From: Desulfatiglandales bacterium
GTDB lineage: Bacteria > Desulfobacterota > DSM-4660 > Desulfatiglandales > Desulfatiglandaceae
Direction of reading: 5' to 3'
NCBI GenBank assembly: GCA_963662465.1
Contig: OY759599.1
Location: forward strand, 7,136,001-7,200,000
Length of the DNA: 64,000 bases
Shown piece by piece: positions 51,225 to 61,733 of this stretch. Position 1 is the first letter of the stretch. The number at the start of each line of letters is the position of its first letter. The notes under the pieces were generated by a model, which did no database searches, was not told the DNA's origin, and was given only the letters and a program-made list of their open reading frames with translations. Both the position numbers and the translations under genes were made by a program.

Positions 51225-51446
51225 TCAACCGGAAAGCCTTTCCACCAACCGAACAACCATTTTGATATCGGTTGATTTGAGTTGATACCTTCGCAAAACA
51301 TTGACCAAGTTGTCCTTCTTGGGTGGGATAAACCATTCAGCATCGTGCCAATAACCCTCGGTCGTTTCTGGAACATCAGAAAAATCGATATCTTCATCCG
51401 AGAGCCGATGGACTCTTTCCCAATCTGTCTGAGAGATATTTTTCAT
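51225..51446 (-). pseudogene. BrnA-type antitoxin, internally deleted
   Basis: MKNISQTDWERVHRLSDEDIDFSDVPE...PPKKD joins directly to NLVNVLRRY; the ribbon-helix-helix core is absent. Confidence 0.65.
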
Positions 51447-51699
51447 AGGTTTTCCTCTCCCGCCTTGTCGCCTTTCGAATCGATATGATGCGGATTGTTT
51501 CTTCATCATGTTCGGTAAACACAACTAAAACAACGCATCGATGTGTCATGCCCAGTGCAATCCAGCGCTCTTCATTATAATACCGTTTGTCGATTTTGGA
51601 TAGTAGGGGATTTCCGAAAATCTCATGGGCCTCTCTGAAATCAATCCCATGTTTTCGCAAATTGATTTGGCGTTTTTTCTCATCCCATTCTAATTTCAC
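51394..51699 (-). CDS. brnT: BrnT-family toxin
   Basis: LEWDEKKRQINLRKHGIDF, EERWIALG, IRIISIRKATRRE. Confidence 0.92.
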   Translation of the reverse strand: MKLEWDEKKRQINLRKHGIDFREAHEIFGNPLLSKIDKRYYNEERWIALGMTHRCVVLVVFTEHDEETIRIISIRKATRRERKTYEKYLSDRLGKSPSALG

Positions 51700-51829
51700 G
51701 TTTATCTTTTTTCGACTTCCTTTTGTTCACAAACTTCCCTCCACCGGGTATCCTACTTCCACGCCATTCCACGTTCGCTTGTCCCTCGCTCACGTTCCAT
51801 GGTGTTTCAGTACGGATGCCCTCCCTGCT

Positions 51830-52376
51830 CATCAACTCGCCGCGTTTTACGGCAACGGTGGAATGGAGGACACCCTCAGGAGCCTGCAAAAACTCAAAGA
51901 CGCCGGTTTATCCTATCAGCCCCTCCTGGTCGTGCCTTTCAAGGACGTGGTGGCGTGCAAGGACGATGAAAGCCTGCGGGTACTCCAGAGCATATACGCC
52001 ATCGACATGTATTATGCGGCGGTGTTCGGCAAAAAGCGGCAATACCTGGATACCCGAAGGTTCATCGACACGGAAATCGAACTGCGGCTCCCGGTCAATG
52101 ACGATGCGCTGGAACCCGTGGACCCGGCCGTGGTGCGTGCCTTTGTTCAAGACCTTGAAAACCTGAACAAACGTGATGCCCTGTTGGCGGCCATGGGCAA
52201 ACGCGCTGAACAACTGTTCAAAATGGCTGAGACCGATCCGGCCTCTCTAGACCACATTGTTGATGCCTTTTACGGGTTTCTGCTGGAGGGTACATATCTG
52301 GCCTTTTCCCTGGCCAGGGACGAGAAGATATCCCCGGAACTGACCGCTCTGTTCAAATCCGGAATCAACCGGATTT
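51830..52376 (+). pseudogene. Start-less fragment of a hypothetical protein
   Basis: Coding-like GC-rich open frame within ORF 51587-52408, with no RBS or start, truncated by a duplicated activator 5' end. Confidence 0.4.
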
Positions 52377-52660
52377 CTAGAAGGCCGTTTCATAGTTTTG
52401 AATGCTGAAGATTATAAACCAGTCCTCATAATAGTGGCTGTCTATTTGCAAGAGGCCGCCTTGTTCTGCCGGAAATCAACTCTCATATGTAAGAGCATAT
52501 CCGCAAGCCGATAAATATGAGAGCGAATTCGAATAAATATGAGAGAAATAGCGCTTTATTTAAACCCAAAAATTAAAGATCTTTGTAAACACTTGAAAAT
52601 GCATAATAAAATGTTCAAGTAAAATGTGGCGCAGTGTTTGCCGAGAAAGAAGCGAAAGTC
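52377..52660 (+). repeat. sigma54 cassette copy 3, including a decayed duplicate of the activator's first ~25 codons (52377-52451, minus)
   Basis: ttgcaaatagacagccactattatgaggactgg vs activator ttggaaacagacagtccctgttatgaggaccgg; boxes at 52513 and 52535; TGGCGCAGTGTTTGC (GG 52628, GC 52640). Confidence 0.85.
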
Positions 52661-52687
52661 TTTAAAGCAAACAGCGAGGAGAATATT

Positions 52688-53455
52688 ATGAAAAGAAGAA
52701 TACTGAATTGTTCTGCCGTTTTCGTATTGTTTACCGCTTTAATACTCTTGCTGCTGCCGCCCAGCGCTATGGCCGATGGCGCCGGCGCCTGGACCACGAC
52801 GGCTTCCCCGGGATACATATTCCTGACGGAAGAAGGCATGGTTGATGGTGTGAGCCACCTTGCGCTTACGGTGATCGAGCCAGGGTATAAAAATGTCGAA
52901 ATCTACTGAGGATCGGAACTGGAGAAAGGGACGTACAAGTACGAGCTGAAGCCTCTGAATGATAAAACAAGCGACATGACGGTAACATTGGAATTTACGA
53001 GTGTTACCCGGGCGACAGTGACGGTGAATCCATGGATGAGCAACAGTGCTATCCAGGCGAAAGAGACCGTGAATCCATGGACGAGTACCAGTTCATGGAC
53101 CGGGGAACCGATAATTTTAAACAAGTTTTTTGGGAATACCGGCGCTGCAAGCCTGCCCAGGACCGGGCAGACTGAAAGCTATGCCGACTATGATGATGGA
53201 TACTATCAAAAGGGCGTTGCCGCGGCGGGTCCACGGTTTACGGACAATGACAATGGGACGGTAACCGATAACCAGACTGGATTGATCTGGCTGAAGGAAG
53301 GCAACTGTTTCGGAGCAAGGAATTGGAATGATGCCTTGTCGGCCTGTCACAATCTGGCCAGTGGTTCCTACGGGCTTACCGACGGTTCGAAAGCCGGCGA
53401 CTGGAACGGTGAGTCCTACGGCAGTTACGTTCGGGCGGTTCGCGGTGGACAGTGA
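52688..53455 (+). pseudogene. Secreted Lcl/DUF1566-domain protein, with an in-frame TGA and an internal deletion
   Basis: Signal peptide; TGA at 52907-52909; LPRTGQ..RFTDNDNGTVTDNQTGLIW..GDW jumps to YVRAVRGG, missing the RLP..EL/YWSS core. Confidence 0.75.
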
Positions 53456-53607
53456 TCGATTATTGGGCCATTTGATCCTTTGGTTATTCGGGATAATAAA
53501 ACATTTTGAGCCAAGGTAAAAATTCTTTGACCTTTTGATGAAAAGCCTTAATGGCATTCGATGCATGAATGAGGAGCATGCGGATTTAATATGATTTTTA
53601 AAGGAGT

Positions 53608-53930
53608 TTGACCGGCTCTTGGAAGCAGGCCGCTCAAAAGGGATTGGCGCTTCAAAACTACCTGAATGCTGCGACCCCGGCTGAGATGCGTGATGTTCCA
53701 TTTGAGACGATCATTGAAGCAAGCGCAAAACTCGGTGGTTTTTTCGGGCCGGTCATGGATGGCGTGATACTGAGCCAAGACCCGCGACAAACGCCGTTTA
53801 CGATTCAACATGCGCCCATGATTCTTGGAACGGTCAAGGATGAGGGTTCTTTGTTTGTTTATGAATATAATATCAAAACGATATCCGACTACGAACAGGC
53901 ACTGCGCCATTTACAGGAATACGGCGGAGA
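53608..53930 (+). pseudogene. Type-B carboxylesterase internal fragment
   Basis: FGPVMDGVIL...PMILGTVKDEG; no GxSxG region. Confidence 0.55.
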
Positions 53931-54110
53931 CCGAAGCCGGCCGTGCGCTGGGCAATGTATTCCAGTATATGTTCGAAGGGGGGCCGGACCCGATGATGCA
54001 GGCAATCATTACAAACCTGATCGCCATTCGGAAGGGGATTATCAAAATCGATCAGGATCTGAACAATTTCTGAGCGCACATGGAAAGAGAATTGAAAGAC
54101 CTCAAGCGCA

Positions 54111-54803
54111 TCACCCTAAACAAGAAGGATCCAAAACGTCTTCAAAATCCCGCTTTCTTGAATTCATGAGGCTGCACACAAGGCGATAGTTCTTCCACTC
54201 GTAAGCATAGTCGGGGTGTTTCATTTTTGGCGCAAAATGCTCCACGGACCGCCCTCCCGTAACAGGAGGAATCAGCACGCAGGCATAGGCGCAGATGCCG
54301 TTATAAAGGCTGTAGAGTTCGTTCAGACAACGCCAGCCGTTCATGAAGCGTTCTGAGTGTCTGTGAATCCATGTCAAACCGGTTGATTGCCGCCAGTGTC
54401 TCCTGAATGGCTTTTTCCGCTTCCAGGGAACGGGCAGCCCCCAACCCGAAAATTTCGGAAGTAAGCCATGAAGAAACATCCTCGTCAAAAAGAACAACCA
54501 TCTGGTTCGAAGGCGCTTTACGGGTAACGGCCATGTCTGCTTTTCAAAAGAGAACCGGGACTCCAGGGGACTCGTATGCGCGGCATCATATTGCAGAAAG
54601 GAGATGGTGGGTTGCGCCGAATTGTCGGGGTCGGGCAGCGCCTGCAGGTCGGCCCACTTACGGGCCAGCGCCCACCAGGCAATGTCCGGGATGAATGTTT
54701 TCCCCAAACCGTTGTCCCCGGTCAGCAGGTTGAGCCGGGGCATAAAATCCACCTTCATATGCTGCGAAGGTCCCAGGTTGTGTAATTCAATCGATTTCAG
54801 CAT
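54111..54803 (-). pseudogene. Fused relic of an AAA-ATPase + HNH nuclease pair (Septu PtuA/PtuB-like)
   Basis: RLNLLTGDNGLGKTF Walker A; frameshifted WLTSEIFGLGAARSLEAE; HNH part ICAY..SVEHFAPK..YEWKNYRLVC..MNSRK..VLDP. Confidence 0.7.
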
Positions 54804-54918
54804 GACAACGCTCCGTTCTTGGAAAATTTCCGGGTTTGTGTTGTTGATACGGTTTTTTCTTCCCTGCAATGAATTGCCGGATTATTTTCTTCGAATCAGA
54901 CTCCGGCCCAAGGTCTGG

Positions 54919-57138
54919 TCAAAAGGCCTCAGGCAAAGAGGGGGTGTTCCTGAAAGCAGTTTCATCTTCCTTGTTTTTCTTCCCCAAAAACCGATGCGAT
55001 CCCGGCTTTGTTCGGGTTCCAATTATAATTGTTAATGCCTCCACAAACTTTTTCATCTGTGTCCCCTGAGCGCTCATTTCCTCAGAGGTTGCAGCGCTCT
55101 CTTCCGCATTGGCTGCATTTTGTTGCGTCACGCCGTCTATTTCGGTAATGGCGATGTTGACTTGCTCAATACCTTTCTTTTGTTCATTGGAAGCGGAGGC
55201 GATTTCAGCTACAAGAACACCAATCTTTTCACTACTGTCGGTTACTTCATGGAAATCGTGGGATGTTAGATCTATTAACGTCGTACTTTCTTGGATTTTC
55301 TTTACCACGGAATCAATGAGTCTGGAAGTGTCCTTTGCGGCTTCAGCTGCCCGCATTGCGAGGTTTCGAACTTCATTTGCTACCACCGCAAAACCGGCGC
55401 CGGCTTCACCGGCCCTGGCGGCTTCAACGGCTGCATTCAAGGCCAGCAGATTGGTTTGAAAGGCGATTTCATCAACCGTTTTAATGATTTTGGAGGTCTC
55501 ATGGCTGGCTTCTGATACCTCGGCGATGGCGCTTGCCAAGCGGCTCATTGACTCATTTGCCTTAATAACCACCTGCTTGCTTTCCCGCATGTGCAGGTCT
55601 GCCTGGCCGGCATTCTCCGCGGTTTGTTTGGTCATGGAAGACACCTCTTCCAGAGATGAGGAGATTTCTTCGATCCCGGCAGCTTGCTGGGATGCCCCGG
55701 CGGCAAGTGCCTGGCTGGTGGATGCAACTTCATGGGATCCGGTGTCCACTTGATCAGCTGCCTCGGTAAGTCCTTCGATGACGGGGGCAATCCCTCTCTG
55801 AATGCTTCGTGTAATGAAAAAACAAAGCAAAAGGCCAAAGAACATGCTGACCGCTGCTCCACCAATCATAAACCTGTTGGCGCTTATAATCTGGGAAAGC
55901 ATTCTTTGTTGCTGATTACTTTGGATTTCTTTGCAGGCTTTCTCTGCTGCCCGTGCGGCTGCCAGCATGTTTTTGTTGGCAGCCATTTGCTGATCCATCA
56001 GACCGGCGAACAGGTCAAAGGCTTCTTTGTAAGCCATAACCGATGCGAGAGCTTCATCGATTTGAAGAATGCCGACGTCCGATTTAAATTGAGTTTTCAA
56101 GTCTTGTCCAAGTTTGACAATTCGGGAAATCTGCTCATTCACCATTGTCTGATATGTATCGTCTTTGCTAATAATCATTTCCTTTTCGTTTTTCCGGGTA
56201 TCCAAAAACCATTTTAACATCCGGTTTGCGTCATCCGCTGTTTTCAATCGAATGGCATTTTGCTTGGAAGACTCAACTCGGACCGCGGCCAGTTTTTCTC
56301 TTTGGTTTTTGCGGATGGTCAGTGCTGCTACTTGCATATCTTTGGCGTATTGCAGCATACTTTTTAAATTGAAATCATTTTTTTCGTGCAGATAATTTGA
56401 AAAAGCCACCACGTAACCCGTTGTCTGGTCCCCCATTTTTTGGACTATTTTTTTATCCCCACCTTCGGTTAGTCGAGGGAGCATTCGGTCATTAATGTCA
56501 AAAACAACATTAATGGTTCCAATGGATCGTTCAAAAGCCTCATTGTTCCCGGTCAACAGGTAGTCCTTCTCTGCGATGCGTGCTTCCAGGACATGTTTGA
56601 CAATCAGGTTGGCGTCATCGACAATGGCCAGGCTTTCGTTCAGAAACCGCTCCAGATTTTTGCGGCTCTCGGCCAACTGTTTTCCCTGGTCTGATTCGAT
56701 ATCTTCAAGCTTTTCCATTGCCGTACGCGTTTTATCCTGCATCTTGGCCATTGTTTTGTCCTTGAGCGTCTCCAGATGATCATAAGCGTCAAATGCGACC
56801 CCATATGCCGACAATTGATTGGAAACCATCGCTATCTTTTCTTTATCCTTTTTTTGGTCAAATTTGTTTTTAATCGCGATGGTTTCTTTTTTTAGTTGCT
56901 CAAGACTCTTATGCACTTTATCCCCATGCAAACGATCACCCAGGATAATAAAATCCTTCTCCTGCTGACGAATGGCTGACAGGTCCTGGACCAAGTCATT
57001 GACGTCGTTCACTTTTGAAACGCTGTTCACCACGCTGGAAAGGCTTCGGCGCCCTATAGCTGCCACGAATCCTGTTAGTAAAATCAGGATAACGGCGAGA
57101 CTGACAATTTTTGAACTCAATTTCATTTTTTTGAACAT
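54919..57138 (-). CDS. Methyl-accepting chemotaxis protein
   Basis: Two TM helices; [37 protein letters not shown]. Confidence 0.95.
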   Translation of the reverse strand: MFKKMKLSSKIVSLAVILILLTGFVAAIGRRSLSSVVNSVSKVNDVNDLVQDLSAIRQQEKDFIILGDRLHGDKVHKSLEQLKKETIAIKNKFDQKKDKEKIAMVSNQLSAYGVAFDAYDHLETLKDKTMAKMQDKTRTAMEKLEDIESDQGKQLAESRKNLERFLNESLAIVDDANLIVKHVLEARIAEKDYLLTGNNEAFERSIGTINVVFDINDRMLPRLTEGGDKKIVQKMGDQTTGYVVAFSNYLHEKNDFNLKSMLQYAKDMQVAALTIRKNQREKLAAVRVESSKQNAIRLKTADDANRMLKWFLDTRKNEKEMIISKDDTYQTMVNEQISRIVKLGQDLKTQFKSDVGILQIDEALASVMAYKEAFDLFAGLMDQQMAANKNMLAAARAAEKACKEIQSNQQQRMLSQIISANRFMIGGAAVSMFFGLLLCFFITRSIQRGIAPVIEGLTEAADQVDTGSHEVASTSQALAAGASQQAAGIEEISSSLEEVSSMTKQTAENAGQADLHMRESKQVVIKANESMSRLASAIAEVSEASHETSKIIKTVDEIAFQTNLLALNAAVEAARAGEAGAGFAVVANEVRNLAMRAAEAAKDTSRLIDSVVKKIQESTTLIDLTSHDFHEVTDSSEKIGVLVAEIASASNEQKKGIEQVNIAITEIDGVTQQNAANAEESAATSEEMSAQGTQMKKFVEALTIIIGTRTKPGSHRFLGKKNKEDETAFRNTPSLPEAF

Positions 57139-57165
57139 AGAATCGTTCTCCCTGAAAAAAAACGT

Positions 57166-57633
57166 TTAGGCGAGATCGATCGGATGCTTACGACGGATTG
57201 ATTGAATTATTTCGTCGAGCTGTTGAAGAAAACGTGATCTGTCGCGTTTTTTTAGCGGCGGCGGCCCACCTGTTATCTCACCCGCGTCTCGAAGTTCCGA
57301 CAACAGGTCCCGCGTTGCGATGGAGTGACCGATGTTGTCTTCCGTGAATGGTTTTCCGGTTGGGCCGATTACTCGGGCGCCTCTATTAAGACAGCGGCTC
57401 GCAAGGGGAATGTCGGCGGTAATCACGATGTCATGCGGTTGCACGTGTTCGACAATCCAATCGTCGGCCGCGTCCAATCCGTTCTCCACAACTTCGAGAG
57501 CAATCCATGGCTCATTCGGAGTTCGCATCCGGGAGTTGGCCACCAATGTGACATCAAGGCCGCATCGGCTTGCGACGCGGTACACTTCCTGTTTGACCGG
57601 GCACGCATCAGCATCGATAAATATATGGAGCAA
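57166..57633 (-). CDS. yaiI: YaiI/YqxD family protein
   Basis: IFIDADACPVK, DAADDWI, VITADIPLA. Confidence 0.93.
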   Translation of the reverse strand: MLHIFIDADACPVKQEVYRVASRCGLDVTLVANSRMRTPNEPWIALEVVENGLDAADDWIVEHVQPHDIVITADIPLASRCLNRGARVIGPTGKPFTEDNIGHSIATRDLLSELRDAGEITGGPPPLKKRDRSRFLQQLDEIIQSIRRKHPIDLA

Positions 57634-57728
57634 GTGAAGATCCTTTCCATTTTTCTTTACGGGTTTCCCTCTGTTTCAAGTGGTTAATTGATTGAAATGT
57701 GACAGGTGTTTACCTCCCAAAGACCCGT

Positions 57729-58817
57729 TCAGCCAAGATCCCTCGTGGTGACCAAATTACGGCCCGCATTTTTGGATGCATATAAAGCATCATCCGCTGC
57801 TTTGACAAGATCTTCAGCATTACCGCCTTCCATGGGAGGAACCATCGTGGCAACCCCGAAGCTTAATGTGATAAAATCGTTCACATCCGAACGGATATGC
57901 TCCCGTTTCATGGAAACAATTGCCGTCCGAATTGTTTCAGCGAGATGATGCGCTCCTTTGGAAGTGGTATTCGGCAATATTAAAATAAACTCCTCTCCGC
58001 CATATCGGGCTGCAAGGTCAGCAGGTCTAAGCATACAACTTTTCATGCATTTAGCCACAGCTTTAAGGCATTCATCGCCTTCCTGGTGTCCATAGTAATC
58101 GTTGTAGCGTTTAAAAAAATCAACATCACAAAGAATCAGCGAAAATGGTTGCTGTTCCCGTTTCATCCTCAGCCATTCCGTTCGTAATGTTTCATCAAAA
58201 AGACGTCGGTTTGCAAGCTGTGTCAGACCGTCAACGGTTGCCAGTCGCTTTAATTCCAAATTGGCTTTCTCCAAAGCTTCTTCGTGGCGTTTACGATCGG
58301 TAATGTCCTTGTATTGTTCGACAATTCCAATGATTTCAGCTGTTAAACCAAACAGTGGCGTGGTGGTAAGCCAAAAAGGAACCCTTTTGCCCTTCGTAAT
58401 TTCCAGCTCAATGTCAAGTTCAATCCGCGGATTCCGCTTCCGGATATGTTTTAACGGACATCTTTCCGTATGGCATAAATCAGAAGTTATTATTTCATAA
58501 CACTTTTTACCAATGGCATCTGTTTTACTCTTTAATTTGAGGAGTTCTACAAAGGCATTATTAATACGCAAAACTGTTTTATGGTTATCAATGACCCAAA
58601 TAGCGTCATCTATTGCGTTAAATACCTGATTGAATTCCAGATGAGAAACTTCTACCGCTACTTGAAGTGAGTTGGAACGTGCAATAATCTCCTCAAACTG
58701 ATCCAATAGTTCCTGATTTTCTTCTTTAAGAGCGATCAGCTCCTCTTCAACCGTATCTCTAATTTCTGATTCATGTTGTACGTGAACCTGGCCATCATTG
58801 CATGTTTGTTCACTCAT
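57729..58817 (-). CDS. PAS-GGDEF diguanylate cyclase
   Basis: DGLTQLANRR, DVDFFKRYND, RPAD I-site, RYGGEEF. Confidence 0.95.
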   Translation of the reverse strand: MSEQTCNDGQVHVQHESEIRDTVEEELIALKEENQELLDQFEEIIARSNSLQVAVEVSHLEFNQVFNAIDDAIWVIDNHKTVLRINNAFVELLKLKSKTDAIGKKCYEIITSDLCHTERCPLKHIRKRNPRIELDIELEITKGKRVPFWLTTTPLFGLTAEIIGIVEQYKDITDRKRHEEALEKANLELKRLATVDGLTQLANRRLFDETLRTEWLRMKREQQPFSLILCDVDFFKRYNDYYGHQEGDECLKAVAKCMKSCMLRPADLAARYGGEEFILILPNTTSKGAHHLAETIRTAIVSMKREHIRSDVNDFITLSFGVATMVPPMEGGNAEDLVKAADDALYASKNAGRNLVTTRDLG

Positions 58818-58881
58818 GATTTATCGAACCCCAGGATTATGGAAAATTATTTTTTTCGATTGGTTTTCCCCTGTATCAGAA

Positions 58882-60243
58882 TTATTGTAACCCGTATTTA
58901 TTGATCTTGGCTGAAAGAGTTTTTCGGTTAATGCCCAAAATCCTGGCGGCTTCGATCTTTTTGCCTTTGGCTTTTTTCATTACAAAGGTGATGTATTTTT
59001 TTTCCAGCTCTTCAAGGGTAGTGGGGTTGTCGGGGAAAAGCTGTAGCTCTCCCTGTTGCTGGATGATATAAGCAGGAAGGTTTCTTTCCTGGATAATATC
59101 CGTATCTTCAAGAATCAGAATCCTTTCGATGGCGTGTTCAAGTTCCCTGACATTGCCGGGCCACGGGTATTCTTTTAGAACTTCAATGGCCTCGGGTGAT
59201 ATCGCCGTCGGCGGTTTTTTCATTTTGCGGCTTAGTTTTTCCAGGAAATACTCAATCAAAAGGGGAATGTCCTCTTTTCTTTCCCTGAGTGAAGGGAGAT
59301 CGAGGGGGACCACGCTCAGGCGATAGAAGAGGTCTTCTCGAAATGTTCCCTTCTGAATGGCTTCGGGAAGGGGTGTGTTGGAAGCGGCGATGATGCGAAC
59401 GTCGAGCTTTATGCGGTGCTGATCGCCCACCTTCATGAATTCCCGTTCCTGAAGGACCCTTAGAAGTTTGGCTTGAATTTTCAGGCTCAGGTTCGTAATT
59501 TCATCAAAGAAAAAGGTTCCATGGTTGGCCAGCTCAAAGAGACCATGTTTGGTTTGATGAGCGCCGGTAAAGGACCCCTTTATATGGCCGAAAAGCTCAC
59601 TTTCAAGGAGCGTTTCAACCAGCGCGGAACAGTCAACCGCCACAAATTCCTTGTCTTTCCGATTGCTGTTGGCATGAATGGCGCGGGCCACCAGTTCTTT
59701 CCCCGTGCCGCTTTCTCCGGATATCAACACAGAGCTTTCGGTGGGGGCAACCCGCTTTATTTTTTCAAAAATTTTTTTCATGGGCGCGCTTTGACCGACA
59801 ATGAGGTGTTTGGGGGAATCCTGTTTTAACCCACTGCATCCGGTGGATAGCTCTCGGTTTAAGGTTTTGCCACTGTAGACCTTGCTGATGGCCGCATCCA
59901 GGTCATCGAGGCTGAAAGGTTTGGTCAGGTAGTCCAGGGCGCCCAATTTTGTACAATGGACCGCCGTGGCAATGGTGGGATATCCTGTAATCATGACGAC
60001 GTTTGTTTCAGGGTATTTTCGACGTATCTGTTTGAGGATTTCAATGCCGTCCATATCCTCCATTTTGATATCCAGGAGGACCATATCAAAGACCTGTGCA
60101 TCGAGGCACGCCAAGGCCTCTTTTCCATTGGCCGCTTCCGTGGCGTGCATCTTGCGGTTGACAAGGGCCCGGCTAATCCCTTTCCTGACCACCGACTCGT
60201 CATCGACGATCAGCACATGTTTTATTTTTTTTCCGTGGGCCAT
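58882..60243 (-). CDS. sigma54-dependent response regulator (NtrC family)
   Basis: Receiver domain, GESGTGKE, ESELFGHIKGSFTGA, HTH. Confidence 0.95.
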   Translation of the reverse strand: MAHGKKIKHVLIVDDESVVRKGISRALVNRKMHATEAANGKEALACLDAQVFDMVLLDIKMEDMDGIEILKQIRRKYPETNVVMITGYPTIATAVHCTKLGALDYLTKPFSLDDLDAAISKVYSGKTLNRELSTGCSGLKQDSPKHLIVGQSAPMKKIFEKIKRVAPTESSVLISGESGTGKELVARAIHANSNRKDKEFVAVDCSALVETLLESELFGHIKGSFTGAHQTKHGLFELANHGTFFFDEITNLSLKIQAKLLRVLQEREFMKVGDQHRIKLDVRIIAASNTPLPEAIQKGTFREDLFYRLSVVPLDLPSLRERKEDIPLLIEYFLEKLSRKMKKPPTAISPEAIEVLKEYPWPGNVRELEHAIERILILEDTDIIQERNLPAYIIQQQGELQLFPDNPTTLEELEKKYITFVMKKAKGKKIEAARILGINRKTLSAKINKYGLQ

Positions 60244-60254
60244 TCAGCGCAATT

Positions 60255-61733
60255 TCATCCCTTGACGACGATAACCGGAAGCAATACCTTGAAAGTGGTT
60301 CCCGCATCCGGAATGCTCTCCACCTGAATCGAACCTTGATGGGCGTCCACCACCCCTTTGACGATGGCCAGTCCCAGTCCCGTCCCGATGACCTGGCGGG
60401 TTTTGGGATGTTTGACCCGGTAGAATTTGTCAAATATCTTGGGTAATTCCTCGGTAGGTATGCCCACCCCCGTATCTTCAACCCGGATTTCCATATATTC
60501 ACCCAACCCTTTGGCGGAGACGGTGACGCGGCCCCCCTCGGGAGAATAATTGATGGCATTGCTGATGAGGTTGTTGAAAATTTCTTCGATTCTCTTGGGG
60601 TCCGCCTGGACCGGTTTCATATCTTCGCATAAATGGGTTAGAACAATTCCCTGTTCTTGAGCCCTCGGTTCCATGAGGACAATGATATCTTCAATAATCT
60701 TACCGATATCCGTGGGCGCCTGGTGTTGGACAAATTTTCCCGCTTCAATTTTAGCAATGTCTAAAAGGTCGTTGATAAGGCTTAGGAGGGAATCGATTTT
60801 GTTCATGCCCCGTTTGACAAAATCCTGCTGCTTCTCTTGAAGGGGGCCAGCCAGTCCTTCCAGCAAGACACTGTTGATCTGCCGAATGGCCACGAGCGGG
60901 CTGCGCAGCTCATGGGCGACCATATTGACAAAATCCGACTTCATTTGATCGAGCTGTTTAAATGCGGTAATGTCTTCCAGGACGGTTACCGTGCCCACAA
61001 CGGCCCTGTCCGGATCAATGGCCGGCGCCGACAGGGCGCGGAGGGTGCTTTTTTCCAATTGGATTTCCTGGGAAACCGATTCGTCTTTCATGGTTTCGCC
61101 GCCGAGAAGTTGTTTAAGGGTGTCGATCAGGAACTCATCCTTAATGATTTCAGAAAGGGGCGTGGGACTTTCCCGCCTGTCGGCAATTTCCATCAGGCGC
61201 ATGAGGGCCGGGTTGTGAAGCACCACTTCCAGGTTGCGGTTGGTGACCATGATGCCGTTGGCCATGTGATTGATGATGGTTTTCAGCCGGCTTTTTTCCA
61301 GATTAAGATCGTAGAGGTTTCGAATGTTTTCCGCCTCAAACTGCTTGGCTTTTAATTCCAGGCGCCTTTTTTCCGCAGCCCTCGCGATGGTGATCAGAAA
61401 TTGGTCGATTTGGAACGGCTTGGTGATGAAGTCATAAGCCCCTTTTTTCATGCATTCCACAGCTGTATCCACTGTGCCATGGCCGGTAATCACGATGACG
61501 GGAATATCGGGATAGGCATCGCGGGTTTTTTCCAGGACCTCTTCGCCGCCCATAACCGGCATTTTGAGATCCAGCAGCATGATATCGATGCTTGCTTCGG
61601 CCAGCACGTCTAAAGCCCGGTTTCCGTCTTCAGCGGTGAAAATCTCATACCCTTTGCCGTTAAGTACGCGGCGGCATCCTTCCCTGACCACTTTTTCATC
61701 ATCTACAACCAGAACACATGTTTTTTCAGCCAT
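60255..61733 (-). CDS. Hybrid receiver-PAS-histidine kinase
   Basis: VVDDE/LDLKMP; VAHELRSPL; NLISNAINY; DTGVG; GTGLGL. Confidence 0.93.
   Translation of the reverse strand: MAEKTCVLVVDDEKVVREGCRRVLNGKGYEIFTAEDGNRALDVLAEASIDIMLLDLKMPVMGGEEVLEKTRDAYPDIPVIVITGHGTVDTAVECMKKGAYDFITKPFQIDQFLITIARAAEKRRLELKAKQFEAENIRNLYDLNLEKSRLKTIINHMANGIMVTNRNLEVVLHNPALMRLMEIADRRESPTPLSEIIKDEFLIDTLKQLLGGETMKDESVSQEIQLEKSTLRALSAPAIDPDRAVVGTVTVLEDITAFKQLDQMKSDFVNMVAHELRSPLVAIRQINSVLLEGLAGPLQEKQQDFVKRGMNKIDSLLSLINDLLDIAKIEAGKFVQHQAPTDIGKIIEDIIVLMEPRAQEQGIVLTHLCEDMKPVQADPKRIEEIFNNLISNAINYSPEGGRVTVSAKGLGEYMEIRVEDTGVGIPTEELPKIFDKFYRVKHPKTRQVIGTGLGLAIVKGVVDAHQGSIQVESIPDAGTTFKVLLPVIVVKG

Noticed and set aside
49518..52660. 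Repeats as a CRISPR array or structured ncRNA
   Set aside because: No regular repeat-spacer periodicity and no cas genes; content fits enhancer boxes plus sigma54 promoters
52907..52909. In-frame TGA in the Lcl-type gene as a fifth selenocysteine
   Set aside because: No Cys-type motif and no clear downstream hairpin, and the gene is also internally deleted; more likely a nonsense mutation
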